From an uncultured Actinomycetes bacterium (lineage in GTDB: Bacteria > Actinomycetota > UBA4738 > HRBIN12), in the NCBI GenBank assembly GCA_963697875.1, contig OY969099.1, positions 986,736 to 1,050,735 on the forward strand: 64,000 nt of DNA. The letters run 5' to 3'. The position numbers and the translations under genes are program-made. Each line of letters begins with the position of its first letter. The stretch's first letter is position 1. Of the stretch, positions 1-9,625 are shown in pieces. Under the pieces are notes generated by a model, which worked only from the letters and a program-made list of their open reading frames with translations, ran no database searches and was not told the origin of the DNA.

Positions 1-2
1 TC

Positions 3-494
3 GAGGCGTTGGCTCGAGGCGACCTCGGCGACATCCCCGATGGGTATGCTGTCCGACTCCTCGACGCGATGCCCGCCTTCGAACGGCTCAGCCTCGAACT
101 CGAGGGTGCGCCGATCCCGTTCACGCTCGTGCACGGAGACTTCCACCCGGCGAACATCGCGATCAAGGACGGTCGCTACGTGATCTTCGACTGGACGGAC
201 GCTTGCATCGCGCACCCCTTCGTCGATCTGCAGACGTACTTCCACATGTTCGGACCTCCCACGACAGATGCTGATGCGCGGGAGCGCCTACTGCGTCGCT
301 ACCTCGACACCTGGTCAACCGTGATGCCCGGTGACGAAGCGACACAGCTCTTTCGCAGGACGGCTCCATTCACGACCATGCACCACGCCATCACCTATCA
401 AGCGATCCTGAGTCATCTGGACGCCACGGAACGCTGGCAGTGGGAATCTCATCTACCCTGGTGGATCGAGAAGGCGCTCGGGGGCCTCGCCTGA
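3..494 (+). CDS. Phosphotransferase (APH/choline-kinase-like) family protein, C-terminal part; 5' end lies outside the window
   Basis: HGDFHPAN(I) Brenner-type motif followed by the D-W-T-D region typical of aminoglycoside/antibiotic phosphotransferase-like kinases. The frame is open to the window edge. Confidence 0.6.
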   Translation, partial: EALARGDLGDIPDGYAVRLLDAMPAFERLSLELEGAPIPFTLVHGDFHPANIAIKDGRYVIFDWTDACIAHPFVDLQTYFHMFGPPTTDADARERLLRRYLDTWSTVMPGDEATQLFRRTAPFTTMHHAITYQAILSHLDATERWQWESHLPWWIEKALGGLA

Positions 495-528
495 TCTTCT
501 TGCTCCCCGGCGGCGGGACCTCTCTCGG

Positions 529-601
529 TGGAGACGATCGGACTCGAACCGACGACCCCCTGCTTGCAAAGCAGGTGCTCTACCAACTGAGCTACGTCCC
601 C
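529..601 (-). tRNA. tRNA-Ala (anticodon TGC)
   Basis: The reverse complement folds as a canonical cloverleaf: GGGGACG acceptor with a G3:U70 pair, GCTCAGTTGGTAGAGC D-arm, anticodon loop TTTGCAA, TTCGAGTCC T-loop and discriminator A. CCA is not encoded. Confidence 0.9.
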
Positions 602-688
602 GTCGTGACCTGCGGAAACGCTCCCGTGGGTGGACGCACACCGTTCGTACAGCGCATAATCCATCCCGTGAAGACGACGGCGCAAGCC

Positions 689-1585
689 ATGGGAACGAGT
701 GTAGAGGAGCTAACCGCGTCCTTCATTCGCTCGCTGCGAGCCGAGAACAAATCGCCACGGACGATCGAGACCTACGGCGAGGCGTGCCGTGCCTTCGCGC
801 GGTTCTGCTCCAAGCGCGGGATGCCATCGGCCATCGATGCCGTCGCACGCGAACACGTGGAGGCTTTCATCGAGGATCTGCTCGCCCGGTGGAAGCCGGC
901 AACGGCGCAGAACCGCTACCGCGCCCTCGCCCGGTTCTTCGCGTTCACCGTCGAGGAGGGCGAGCTGCGCGAGTCGCCGATGCGGAACATGAAGCCGCCG
1001 CGGATCCCCGAGAACCCGCCCGCCGTCCTGGACGACGACGTGCTCCGGAACCTGCTCAAGGCGTGCGACGGCAACGATTTCGAGGATCGTCGCGACGCCG
1101 CCCTGATCCGGGTCTTCATCGACACAGGCGCGCGCCTGAGCGAGGTCGCCGGGTTGCGCGTCAGCGACGTCGGCCTCGACCAGCTCACGCTGCTGCTGAC
1201 CCAGACGAAGGGGCGCGCTCCCCGTCTCGTCGGCATCGGGAACCGAACCGCGAGGTCGCTCGACCGCTACTTGCGGATGCGCAGGACGCACCCCGAGGCA
1301 CACATCGACGCGCTCTGGCTCGGTCGTCGTGGTGCCGTCACACCGAGCGGTGTCCGCCAGATCACGCGGCGGCGCGCGGCCGACGCTGGCCTCGAGCACC
1401 TCCACCCTCACCAGTTCCGCCACACGTTCGCCCACGATTGGCTCGCGCACGGCGGCGCCGAGGGCGACTTGATGCGGCTCACCGGCTGGCGGTCGCGGGA
1501 GATGGTCTCGAGATACGCCGCGTCGACGGCGCAGGCTCGCGCCCTCGCCGCACACCGCCAACGTGCTCCCGGTGACAGGCTGTGA
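689..1585 (+). CDS. Tyrosine site-specific recombinase/integrase (XerC/XerD-like, 298 aa)
   Basis: N-terminal SAM-like core-binding domain. Catalytic residues present: ARLSEV (Arg), HQFRHTFA (His-x-x-Arg), [13 protein letters not shown] (His/Trp and Tyr nucleophile). ATG at 689 lies just past the tRNA-Ala 5' end, reading divergently from it. Confidence 0.85.
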   Translation: MGTSVEELTASFIRSLRAENKSPRTIETYGEACRAFARFCSKRGMPSAIDAVAREHVEAFIEDLLARWKPATAQNRYRALARFFAFTVEEGELRESPMRNMKPPRIPENPPAVLDDDVLRNLLKACDGNDFEDRRDAALIRVFIDTGARLSEVAGLRVSDVGLDQLTLLLTQTKGRAPRLVGIGNRTARSLDRYLRMRRTHPEAHIDALWLGRRGAVTPSGVRQITRRRAADAGLEHLHPHQFRHTFAHDWLAHGGAEGDLMRLTGWRSREMVSRYAASTAQARALAAHRQRAPGDRL

Positions 1586-2802
1586 AGACCACACCTTGGT
1601 ACGACATCCTCGTGCGGGGTCTACTGCGGCGGGCACCACCGGCGACCCCGACTCGCCGGTGAGGTCACCCGGACCGCGGAGGGGGTCGAGTTCCAGGTGA
1701 CCACCTGGGAGGGACCCCCGCGCCCCGTGCCGGGGGTCGACCTCGCGAAGGTTACGGGCGGGCATCGGACGACGAACCGATCGACGCGGAGCGAGCTGGT
1801 CCCCGATCAGGGCGAGGTTGTCGGGCTCTGTCCGGAGCATGGTCGCGTGCCGGTCAGCGTCGTAGAGCTCCGCCGACACGCCAATCTGGCACGGCGATCG
1901 GGGAAGACCCAGACGATGCCCTGCGGTCTCGGGCCGGATCCCCGCCTGGCGCTAGCGATCCGGTCGGGGCACACGCGGGGCCATTCCCGAATTTGGCACA
2001 TATCCAACTTTGTTCGCCCACCGGGGGGGCGGATGTCAAGCGCGGCCGGGAAGCACCAGCGGGCGCCAATCTTCGCTTCGAACGAAATCAAGTGCGAGGA
2101 GAACGGCTCCGATGCCAAAGCCGCCGCCACCAAGTGGGCTGTACCTCGTTCGCGAGGTGCTCCGCCTGAGCTCGTTCTTCCTCCACCTTGTGCTGCTCGT
2201 CCGCGGCTGCCTTGCTCATATCGGGGCGGATGCCTCCGCCAGGAGGAATACCGGACCAACCCATTGGTCGAACGTAATCGGATGCGAACCGGCGAGCAAT
2301 GCGGTCGGGTCAACCGCCAGGGGGACCATCAGAGTCTTGGGGTGCCCCCGGACGACTCGGCGGACTCTCGCGCACACAGCGGGTGGCGCGAGGCGGTGTG
2401 CACGCGATGTCTCTCGTATATGGCAATCCTCACCAAGGAGGGGCTGATGGCCTGCTCAGCATGCGAATCACCTGACCGCCGGAGCATCGAAGAGGCCATG
2501 CGCTCCCCTCCTACGGTCGCGCCACGCGAGCGTTCTCGAGGAGCGATCGGGCAATGACTGGCGGGTGGTCTCCCGCTACGGATCCGCACACATGCGGGCG
2601 TAGCCCTCGATGAGCTTGTTGCCAACGGGCGTCGGGTGGACGACTGCGTGTGCGTGAGATCGGGCCGCCGTTGGTGCTGCGGGTCGCGGCAGGCGTCTTT
2701 CTCGCCCTCCTGGCGCTCGTACTCGCGGTCGCGATCGTGCTGCTGGTCTTCTAGTACCTCCTAACACTCGCGCATCTGACTGCAGGATCCGTCCGGTCGG
2801 GG

Positions 2803-2909
2803 ACCAAGCCGGCTACGACTGGGCCGACATCATCGACGCGCTGACGATGCATCCGGCCGTGCGCCGCCGGGTCGTGCGGTTGCTCGGGGAGATACAGGCG
2901 AGTGACTGA
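2803..2909 (+). repeat. About 107-bp segment (an intact-looking gene 3' end encoding ...GYDWADIIDALTMHPAVRRRVVRLLGEIQASD*); copy 1 of a degenerate direct repeat
   Basis: About 80% identical to 3674-3786. Copy 2 carries single-base indels that break the frame. Confidence 0.5.
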
Positions 2910-3082
2910 ACAGCGACGCGCCGATCAAGCGCCGGCTGCAGGTCCTTGCCGTAGACGAACGACCGGCTCGTCGGGAAGTTGCGAGCCACCGCCTACCCGC
3001 GTTCAAGGGGTCTGCCGAGCCAACTCAGACACGGTTGGGATCGGGGAGGCCTGGATATTCCTGGCACGATGAGAGGTGAGAA

Positions 3083-3619
3083 ATGACTGGGCGAGTTCGG
3101 AAGCGGTTGGACAATGTGGCGTTCTGGGCTGTGGTGGCGCTGGTGGGCGGGCTGTTCGTTTGGGCCTATCTTCAAGACGCCGAGGCAGGCTCTTCTGCGA
3201 GCGCTCCCTACCCCAGCCGAAGCGAGTCTGTTTCCCAGACACCCGCGCTGGTCCCCACCCCCGGCTCCGCACTCGGTGGGCCCGACCACCCCCGGGTAGC
3301 TCCTTCCCCGAGCGTGACCTTTGTGCCTGCCCTGCTGCGCGAGATCTCGTCGGAGCAACCCTTACCAGCACTCCCGCAGTCGTCGACGAGTTCAAACTCA
3401 TCGAGTTCAAACTCATCGAGTTCGACACCGGTATTCATAACCCCTGGGTTGCCGAGTCCTGCTCCATCCCCCAGCCTGAGTCCTTCTCCTTCTTCTCCTT
3501 CTCCCAGCTCGTCACCGAGCCCGACAGAGTCTCCAAGTCCTTCCCCGAGTTCGACCCCGGGCCACCCAACTCCGCCGCCCTCGCACAGCCACAGCCCAAA
3601 GATGTCCGCCGCTACCTGA
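3083..3619 (+). CDS. Membrane-anchored Ser/Pro-rich low-complexity protein (178 aa)
   Basis: AGGTGA RBS 6 nt upstream of the ATG. N-terminal TM helix (FWAVVALVGGLFVWAYL) followed by SSNSSSSNSSSS and (SPSP)n tracts. Contains a tandem 15-bp DNA repeat. Confidence 0.5.
   Translation: MTGRVRKRLDNVAFWAVVALVGGLFVWAYLQDAEAGSSASAPYPSRSESVSQTPALVPTPGSALGGPDHPRVAPSPSVTFVPALLREISSEQPLPALPQSSTSSNSSSSNSSSSTPVFITPGLPSPAPSPSLSPSPSSPSPSSSPSPTESPSPSPSSTPGHPTPPPSHSHSPKMSAAT
3387..3425 (+). repeat. Tandem repeat of the 15-bp unit cgagttcaaactcat (about 2.6 copies) inside the Ser/Pro-rich ORF
   Basis: Direct reading: units at 3387-3401 and 3402-3416, then a partial third copy. Confidence 0.8.
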
Positions 3620-3673
3620 TCGCGGACCAGCCTGACCGAGACGCGATCTCCTCGCGGCTGATGCGCTACCGCG

Positions 3674-3786
3674 ACCAGGCCGGCTACGACTTGGGCCGAC
3701 ATCATTCGACGCGCTCACGCTGCATCCCGACGAGCGCCGGCGCGTCGTGCGGCTGCTCGGGGAGCTCGAGGCCGGGTCCCTGACTG
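3674..3786 (+). repeat. Degenerate copy 2 of the 2803-2909 repeat (frameshifted gene-fragment remnant)
   Basis: Aligned by eye: accaggccggctacgacttgggccgacatcattcgacgcgctcacgctgcatcc... against copy 1. Confidence 0.5.
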
Positions 3787-4030
3787 GCAGGGCGCCACCA
3801 AGCCGAACCGACACCGATACCAAGTACCGAAACGGGCGCCTTCTGGCTTCTTCCTTTATCGGGCGGATCAACGATCCATCTATTTCCGCAGGTCAAGACG
3901 GTACGGTGCAGATGCTTGCAATGTTTGAGCCAAACTGAAAGCTAAACCCGTTATACTTCAAAAGTCCTGGGTAGGAACTAACTATGAATCACACGGGTAG
4001 AATTTTAGCGAGTTGGGGAAGGGTTAAAAA

Positions 4031-5233
4031 GTGGACGTCGAACGGTTCAAGAACTCCCCGATAGGACGCCTCGTCCCGGTCAAGGTCACGGATCGGGGCA
4101 AGGACTTCGAACACTACGCCTACGTGGCGGATCCGCTTCCTTCAGAGATCCCGCTAACACCCTCGGCTCAGCGGCTGCACCAGGAGGCCCTGCTCTCCCT
4201 CGGGCGACTTGATGGTCTGGCTGGTCAATTGCCCGCACCGGGCAATCTCGCGAGGCCTGCGATCAGAGAAGAGGCCGTAAGCACGTCGGCTCTAGAAGGC
4301 ACGTACTCGACTCTGCCTCAGCTCTTCGAGGCCGAATTTCTCGAAGAAGACGAGATGGATCGCGGCCTACGCGAGGTCAGGAACTATGTGCAGGCGGCTG
4401 AACGCGGCCTCGCCGCCATCCGAGAAGAGGGTGCCTCCATCACGCTATGGCTCGTTCGCGGCCTCCATCAGATCTTGATGGATGGGCTCGGCGTGCATCC
4501 GTCCGACGTTGGCCAAATTCGGGACAGACAGAACTGGATAGGTCTTCGGCGTAGCTCGCCGATCACCGAGTCCCTGTTCGTGCCCGCCCCGAACGGGGAT
4601 GTCCTTCAGGATGGCCTAGAGAGCTGGGAGCGTTGGATCCACAACGAGGACATACCGCTGCTTGTTCGGGTTGCGGTGGGGCACTATCAGTTCGAGACCC
4701 TTCACCCGTTCATCGACGGGAACGGCAGGATGGGACGACTCGTCGCTCAGCTCCAACTGGTCGAGGGCGGCATCCTGCGGCATCCGATTCTCAATCTTTC
4801 GCCTTATCTCGAACCTCGAGGAGACGAATACAGAGAACACCTTCGAGAGCTCAGTGCGACAGGTGATTGGGATCCGTGGGTTACGTTCTTCTTGATCGCC
4901 CTTCGCGTACAGGCGGAAGTGGCGTCGAGGCGGACAGTTGCTCTTCTTCGCCTCCGAGACGAGTTTCTTGAGATTGCGAAGAATCAACGTATCCGGGGCG
5001 TCGGAGTCGAGATAGCAGGTGGCCTGATTGGCTATCCCGTCATCACCGCAACCTTCGCCGCGAACATATACGGCGTCACGTATCCTGCGGCCAACACAGC
5101 AATCGCGCGGCTTGAGGCCGCCGGCATTCTGCGTGAGGTGACCGGGAAGTCATATGGCCGACTCTTCATCGCGCCGCGGGTTCTTGACTTGATCGCGCCC
5201 GAGGTCCCGGTGCCGGAGGCTGGCATATCATGA
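4031..5233 (+). CDS. Fic family protein (Fic_N + Fido domain; putative AMPylase/adenylyltransferase)
   Basis: Canonical Fic motif HPFIDGNGRMGRL. N-terminal Fic_N-like region (YAYVADPLP...SALEGTYST). GTG start with a GGAAGGG RBS. Preceded by an unusually AT-rich stretch. Confidence 0.85.
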   Translation: MDVERFKNSPIGRLVPVKVTDRGKDFEHYAYVADPLPSEIPLTPSAQRLHQEALLSLGRLDGLAGQLPAPGNLARPAIREEAVSTSALEGTYSTLPQLFEAEFLEEDEMDRGLREVRNYVQAAERGLAAIREEGASITLWLVRGLHQILMDGLGVHPSDVGQIRDRQNWIGLRRSSPITESLFVPAPNGDVLQDGLESWERWIHNEDIPLLVRVAVGHYQFETLHPFIDGNGRMGRLVAQLQLVEGGILRHPILNLSPYLEPRGDEYREHLRELSATGDWDPWVTFFLIALRVQAEVASRRTVALLRLRDEFLEIAKNQRIRGVGVEIAGGLIGYPVITATFAANIYGVTYPAANTAIARLEAAGILREVTGKSYGRLFIAPRVLDLIAPEVPVPEAGIS

Positions 5234-5305
5234 GCACATAACTTCGTGAAGTTCGTTCGGCAATCACCATCGTCTTTGCAGGTCAGCACAGCGTCTAGGC
5301 CGGCG

Positions 5306-5346
5306 TGCTTGCAAAGCAGGTGCTCTACCAACTGAGCTACGTCCCC
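5306..5346 (-). repeat. 41-nt direct repeat identical to tRNA-Ala positions 1-41 (5' half through the anticodon stem); candidate att site
   Basis: Exact match of tgcttgcaaagcaggtgctctaccaactgagctacgtcccc to 561-601. The flanks are unrelated. Confidence 0.75.
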
Positions 5347-5385
5347 GCGTCGGGAGGGTTTCAACGCCTCCGTCGCTCGTCGAGT

Positions 5386-5859
5386 CTAGCGAGCATCTGA
5401 TGGAGGCGGGGTGAGATCCATCCGGAACATCACCATGTCCCGCGCGCGGATGCCGTTCTCGACCACGGGAAGCGGATACGTGTCGAAGTAGCCTTCGCGG
5501 ACCCCGTCGAACCGGAAGCCGGCCTTGCGGTAAAAGGCGATCGTGTCGAGGCTGCAGTCCGAGGTGCCGACGGTCAAGCGGGAGGCGCCGTCCCGCCTGC
5601 ACCGTTTCGCAAGAGCCTCGATGGCGGCCCGGCCGAGCCCTCGGCCGCGATGCTCCTCGGACACGGCGATGTTCCAGATCTCGACCTCGTCGCCTTCGCG
5701 GACGAGCACGGCGACGCCGACCATCCCCTCGCCATCGTGGATCTCGAGGAGCTCGCCGCGGTCCAGGTAGCCGCGCATGTGCTCTTGTGCGTCGTCGGCC
5801 TCGAGCAGGAGCGGGAGATGCCGCTCGCGGTCGAAGTGAGCAGGAACCAGAGATACCAT
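5386..5859 (-). CDS. GNAT family N-acetyltransferase
   Basis: GNAT motif A region (EEHRGRGLGRAAIEAL) and C-terminal AFYRKAGF motif. Confidence 0.8.
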   Translation of the reverse strand: MVSLVPAHFDRERHLPLLLEADDAQEHMRGYLDRGELLEIHDGEGMVGVAVLVREGDEVEIWNIAVSEEHRGRGLGRAAIEALAKRCRRDGASRLTVGTSDCSLDTIAFYRKAGFRFDGVREGYFDTYPLPVVENGIRARDMVMFRMDLTPPPSDAR

Positions 5860-5923
5860 CGACGATCACTCTAGGAGACGGGCCTACTCAGAAGGCCCCG
5901 AGCAGGGGGGGTGCGAACCATGA

Positions 5924-8911
5924 TCAGCCCGCGGCGTCGAGCGCGAGCGCGATCACCTCAGCCAGATGCTTCGCCTTTCGATCGGTGTTCTGCTCGATCT
6001 GGGTCCGGCACGAGAAGCCATCGGTGATCAGGAGCGTGTCGTGCGCCGCATCGCGCACGGCGGGCAGCAGCACACGTTCGCCGGCGGCGATCGAGATGTC
6101 GTACTTCTCGCCTTCCTCGAAGCCGAACGAGCCCGCCAGTCCGCAGCACCCGGAGTCGAGGATCTCGTAATCGAGACCCAGCCGCTTGAGCACCTGTTCC
6201 TCCGCGTCGAGCCCCACGATGGACTTCTGGTGACAGTGCCCGTGGTAGACGGCCTTGCGTTCGAGCCGGGGCATCTCCCAATCGTCCGCGTATTCCTGCA
6301 GGAACTCCGACAGCATGTAGCTCTTCTGCGAGAGGCGCCGAGCGTTCATGTCGTCCGGGAACAGGTTGGGAAGCTCGTCGCGGAACGCCGCCAGACACGA
6401 CGCCTCCATCCCGACCATCGGGATGCCCTGCTCGATCGGGCGCGCCAGCGTTCGGAGTGTCTGGCGGAACAGCCGCTCAGCGGTGTCGAGCATCCCGTAG
6501 TCGTACAGCGGGCGGCCGCAGCAGAGGGGGCGGGGCGGCAGCACCACGCGGAATCCCGCTGCCTCCAAGACGCGCACGTGCGCCTTGCCGATATCGGGAT
6601 GGAAGAAGTTCGTGAACGTGTCGGGCCACAGAAGCACCGGCGGACCGGTCCTCGACCGTTCGGCTCGGGACCCGAACCACTCGACGAACGTCTCGTGCGC
6701 GAACCGGGGCGCCGCCCGACGGGGATCGATCCCGCCCGCCCGCTTCGCCATCGTCGACAGGCCCGGCGCCTTCAGCACGAAGTTCGCCAACCGCGGGACC
6801 CACGACGCGATCCGCGCCCACCAGTAGATCAGGCCCATCGCGTAGGCGACGCGGGGGCGCACGCGTCCCCGGTAGTAGTGCGAGAGGAACTCGGCCTTGT
6901 AGGTCGCCATGTCGACGTTCACCGGGCAGTCGCTCTTGCATCCCTTGCACGACAAGCACAGGTCCAGGGCGTCGTGCACCTCGTCGGAGCGCCACAGATC
7001 GATATCGGGGTTGGTCCCGCGCATCATCTCGAACAGGATCCGGGCACGCCCGCGCGTGGAGTGCTCTTCCTCGTGCGTGACCATGTAGGAGGGGCACATC
7101 GTCCCTCCCGAGTCGTGGCGGCACTTCCCGACGCCGACGCACCGCAGGGCGGCGTGGGCGAAGGATCCGTGGTCCTCCGGGTACGAGAAATGGGTCCGCA
7201 CGCGAGGCGGCGCGAAGTCCGTCCCCAGGCGCAGGTTGGAGTCCAGAGGATACGGGTCGATCAGCTTGCCCGGGTTCATCTTCCAGTCGGGGTCCCAGGT
7301 CGACTTGAACTCGCGGAACGCCGCGATGATCTCCGGCCCGTACATCTTCTCCAGCAGCTCGCCTCGCGACTGTCCGTCGCCGTGCTCGCCGGAGAGCGAC
7401 CCCCCGTACTCGAGGACGAGGTCGGACGCCTCGTCGATGAAGGAACGCCATTTCTTGATGCCGGCGGCGGTGTGCGGATCCCACGGGATACGCGTGTGCA
7501 CGCACCCTTGGCCGAAGTGCCCGTACAGCGCGCAGTTCTCGTAGTCGTAGCGCTCGAACAGGTCCCGGAGGTCCTTCAGGTAGCCGGGCAGGTTCTCGGG
7601 CGGGACCGCAGAGTCCTCCCATCCCTCGTACGTGTCCCGCTGATTCGGCACGTACGCGGTGGCGCCGAGCCCGGACTCACGCACCTCCCAGATCTTCTGC
7701 TCCGCCCGCTTGTCGTCGTAGAGCTTCTCGCCCACGTAGCCATCGGCGTCTCGCAAGTGCTTGAACAACCTATTCGCCTTCTCATCGGATTCGCCCTTGT
7801 CCTCACCTCCGAACTCGGCCATGAGCCAGCCGTTCCCCTTCGGCAGGAGCTCGAGCTCGTCCTCGTGGATCTGGAGGGCCTTGTTGTCGTCGATCAGCAC
7901 GCGGTCGAAGCCCTCGAGTGCGATCGGCTCGAACTCGCGCACCGCGGGGATCTGCGCCGCGGCCTTGTAGAGATCCTCGAACCCCACGATCACGAGCGAT
8001 CGTGCCGGCGGGCTGTCGACCAGATGCAGCGTCGCTTCGAGCACGGTCACACACGTGCTCTCGCTTCCGACGAGCGCGTACGCGAGGTCGAACCCGAGGT
8101 CGGGAAGCAGACCGTCGAGGTTGTAACCGGAGACGCGACGAGGAAACGTCGGGAAGCGCTCCTGGATCTGCACCGAGTACCGATCACGGATGTCGCGCAG
8201 CCGCCGGTAGACCTCGCCCCGCCGTCCGCCACCGGCGACGATCCGCGCCAGCTCGTCGCCGGGCGTCTTCCCCACTCGCATGCGCGTCCCGTCGTAGAGC
8301 AGGATCTCCATCTCCGCGACGTTGTGCGCCATCCGGGGCCCGGCTCCGTAGAACTCGGACATGATCGAGTAGTTGCCGCAGGCGTTGTTGCCGATCATGC
8401 CCCCGATCGTGCAGTGGTCGTGGGTCGAGGGAGTGGGGCCGAACGTCACGCGTGGCTCTGCGGACTCGCCGAGGTTCCGCAACGTGTCCAGGACCAGACC
8501 CGGCTGCACCCTGGCCAGCTTCGCCTCGCGATCCAGGTCGAGGATCTCGTTCAGATACTTGGACATGTCCATGACGACGGCGGTGTTGCAGCACTGACCG
8601 GCGAGGCTGGTGCCGCCCCCCCTGGACAGGATCGGGAGCTCGTGACGGCGGGCGGCGGCCACCGTCGCGACGACGTCGTCGATGGTCTTCGGGATGATCA
8701 CGCCCACCGGCAGCTGCCGGTAGTTCGATGAGTCCGTGGAATAGATCGCGCGGTCCCCAGGGTCGAACCGGACCTCACCCTGGATCTCATCACGCAGCTC
8801 CGCGGCGAGCGCTCGGCCGCGTTCCATCTCCTCCACGGTCGGGGCCATCTTTCCCAGTGCGGGGTCGGGACGGAGCGGAATGCGGCGCGTGGCCGGCTGC
8901 GGAGTGGTCAT
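5924..8911 (-). CDS. FAD-binding (PCMH-type) oxidoreductase fused to a C-terminal Fe-S/CCG cysteine-rich domain (glycolate oxidase GlcD-GlcF-like or D-lactate dehydrogenase-like, about 995 aa)
   Basis: GGGTSLAGQ FAD-binding motif. Large C-terminal domain with CxxCxxC...CP clusters. Start set at the internal ATG 8911 (MTTPQPATRR), which has a GAAGGAG RBS. The upstream Arg/Gly-rich frame is judged spurious. Confidence 0.8.
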   Translation of the reverse strand: MTTPQPATRRIPLRPDPALGKMAPTVEEMERGRALAAELRDEIQGEVRFDPGDRAIYSTDSSNYRQLPVGVIIPKTIDDVVATVAAARRHELPILSRGGGTSLAGQCCNTAVVMDMSKYLNEILDLDREAKLARVQPGLVLDTLRNLGESAEPRVTFGPTPSTHDHCTIGGMIGNNACGNYSIMSEFYGAGPRMAHNVAEMEILLYDGTRMRVGKTPGDELARIVAGGGRRGEVYRRLRDIRDRYSVQIQERFPTFPRRVSGYNLDGLLPDLGFDLAYALVGSESTCVTVLEATLHLVDSPPARSLVIVGFEDLYKAAAQIPAVREFEPIALEGFDRVLIDDNKALQIHEDELELLPKGNGWLMAEFGGEDKGESDEKANRLFKHLRDADGYVGEKLYDDKRAEQKIWEVRESGLGATAYVPNQRDTYEGWEDSAVPPENLPGYLKDLRDLFERYDYENCALYGHFGQGCVHTRIPWDPHTAAGIKKWRSFIDEASDLVLEYGGSLSGEHGDGQSRGELLEKMYGPEIIAAFREFKSTWDPDWKMNPGKLIDPYPLDSNLRLGTDFAPPRVRTHFSYPEDHGSFAHAALRCVGVGKCRHDSGGTMCPSYMVTHEEEHSTRGRARILFEMMRGTNPDIDLWRSDEVHDALDLCLSCKGCKSDCPVNVDMATYKAEFLSHYYRGRVRPRVAYAMGLIYWWARIASWVPRLANFVLKAPGLSTMAKRAGGIDPRRAAPRFAHETFVEWFGSRAERSRTGPPVLLWPDTFTNFFHPDIGKAHVRVLEAAGFRVVLPPRPLCCGRPLYDYGMLDTAERLFRQTLRTLARPIEQGIPMVGMEASCLAAFRDELPNLFPDDMNARRLSQKSYMLSEFLQEYADDWEMPRLERKAVYHGHCHQKSIVGLDAEEQVLKRLGLDYEILDSGCCGLAGSFGFEEGEKYDISIAAGERVLLPAVRDAAHDTLLITDGFSCRTQIEQNTDRKAKHLAEVIALALDAAG

Positions 8912-8991
8912 CCCATCGGTCTCCTTCGTGACGCGGCGCGACCCACCGACGGGCTCGCGGTCCACGAGCAGGTTTCCCGATCTGGCGCGAG

Positions 8992-9588
8992 CTAAGCGGA
9001 ACGGGCGCGGAGCCGCGGGACGGTGAGGACCGGCACGTCGGATCGGCGACGCACCTTCCGGGCCATCCCGGCCCCCAGGAGCTCCTCGACCAGGGGGCGT
9101 CGGTGGAACCCGAGCACGATCAGATCCGCCTGCTCCGACCTCGCGGCGTCGACGATCTCCTGCGCCACCTCGCCGGGACGACCGCCGCCACTGATCGCAC
9201 GGGCCCGTACCCCCTCGGATCGTAGCCGGCGGACCACGCGGTCGAGCAGCCGCCTGGCCTGCCGCTTCCCTTCGACGAACGCGCCCTCCCCCAGGATCCA
9301 CTCCGACCCGCTGAACGGCCATTCCCGGACGTGGAAGGCGACGATCGTGGCGTCCAGGCCACGGCCGAGCTCGCTCACGAAGTCCATGACGCGGCTCGAC
9401 GCCGTCCCCGAGGAGACCGCGACCAGGATCGTGTTGATGCACTTCGTGCCATCAGCTTGTTCGACCCGACGATCAGCTCGATCTCGGATCACCGCGTGGG
9501 CGTTGTCCCCGGTACGGAAGGCTCGGGTCGAACCGCTCGGTACGTGTGCTTCGGTCCGATCCATCACACACTCAGTGTGCAGGCGCAC
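8992..9588 (-). CDS. Universal stress protein (UspA family)
   Basis: ILVAVSSG...DLIVLGFHRRPLVEELLGAGMARKVRRRSDVPVLTVP is typical of the USP ATP-binding fold. The start may be the internal M (MDRTEAHV, about 9564). Confidence 0.7.
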   Translation of the reverse strand: MRLHTECVMDRTEAHVPSGSTRAFRTGDNAHAVIRDRADRRVEQADGTKCINTILVAVSSGTASSRVMDFVSELGRGLDATIVAFHVREWPFSGSEWILGEGAFVEGKRQARRLLDRVVRRLRSEGVRARAISGGGRPGEVAQEIVDAARSEQADLIVLGFHRRPLVEELLGAGMARKVRRRSDVPVLTVPRLRARSA

Positions 9589-9625
9589 CGCCGGGGTGCG
9601 TCAAAGACGTGACGGGAGGTGATCC

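Larger units (their letters stand above)
602..5305. mobile_element. Putative integrated element/genomic islet inserted at tRNA-Ala (integrase, decayed noncoding DNA, Ser/Pro-rich protein, Fic protein)
   Basis: Flanked by 41-nt identical direct repeats (561-601 within tRNA-Ala, 5306-5346). Contains an integrase gene. Has locally AT-richer stretches (about 3900-4030) and atypical codon usage. Carries decayed internal repeats. Confidence 0.55.

Noticed and set aside
710-1879. 389-aa minus-strand ORF antisense to the integrase gene
   Set aside because: A typical high-GC shadow ORF with Arg/Gly/Pro-rich low-complexity translation and no motifs. The sense-strand integrase has full catalytic signatures.
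1697-2557. 286-aa plus-strand ORF inside the islet
   Set aside because: Weak GC3 bias, no RBS, no motifs. The region looks like decayed noncoding DNA.
5966-8731. 921-aa plus-strand ORF
   Set aside because: Antisense to the FAD/Fe-S oxidoreductase, which has clear FAD and CCG motifs. Its translation is Arg/Val/Leu-rich shadow sequence.
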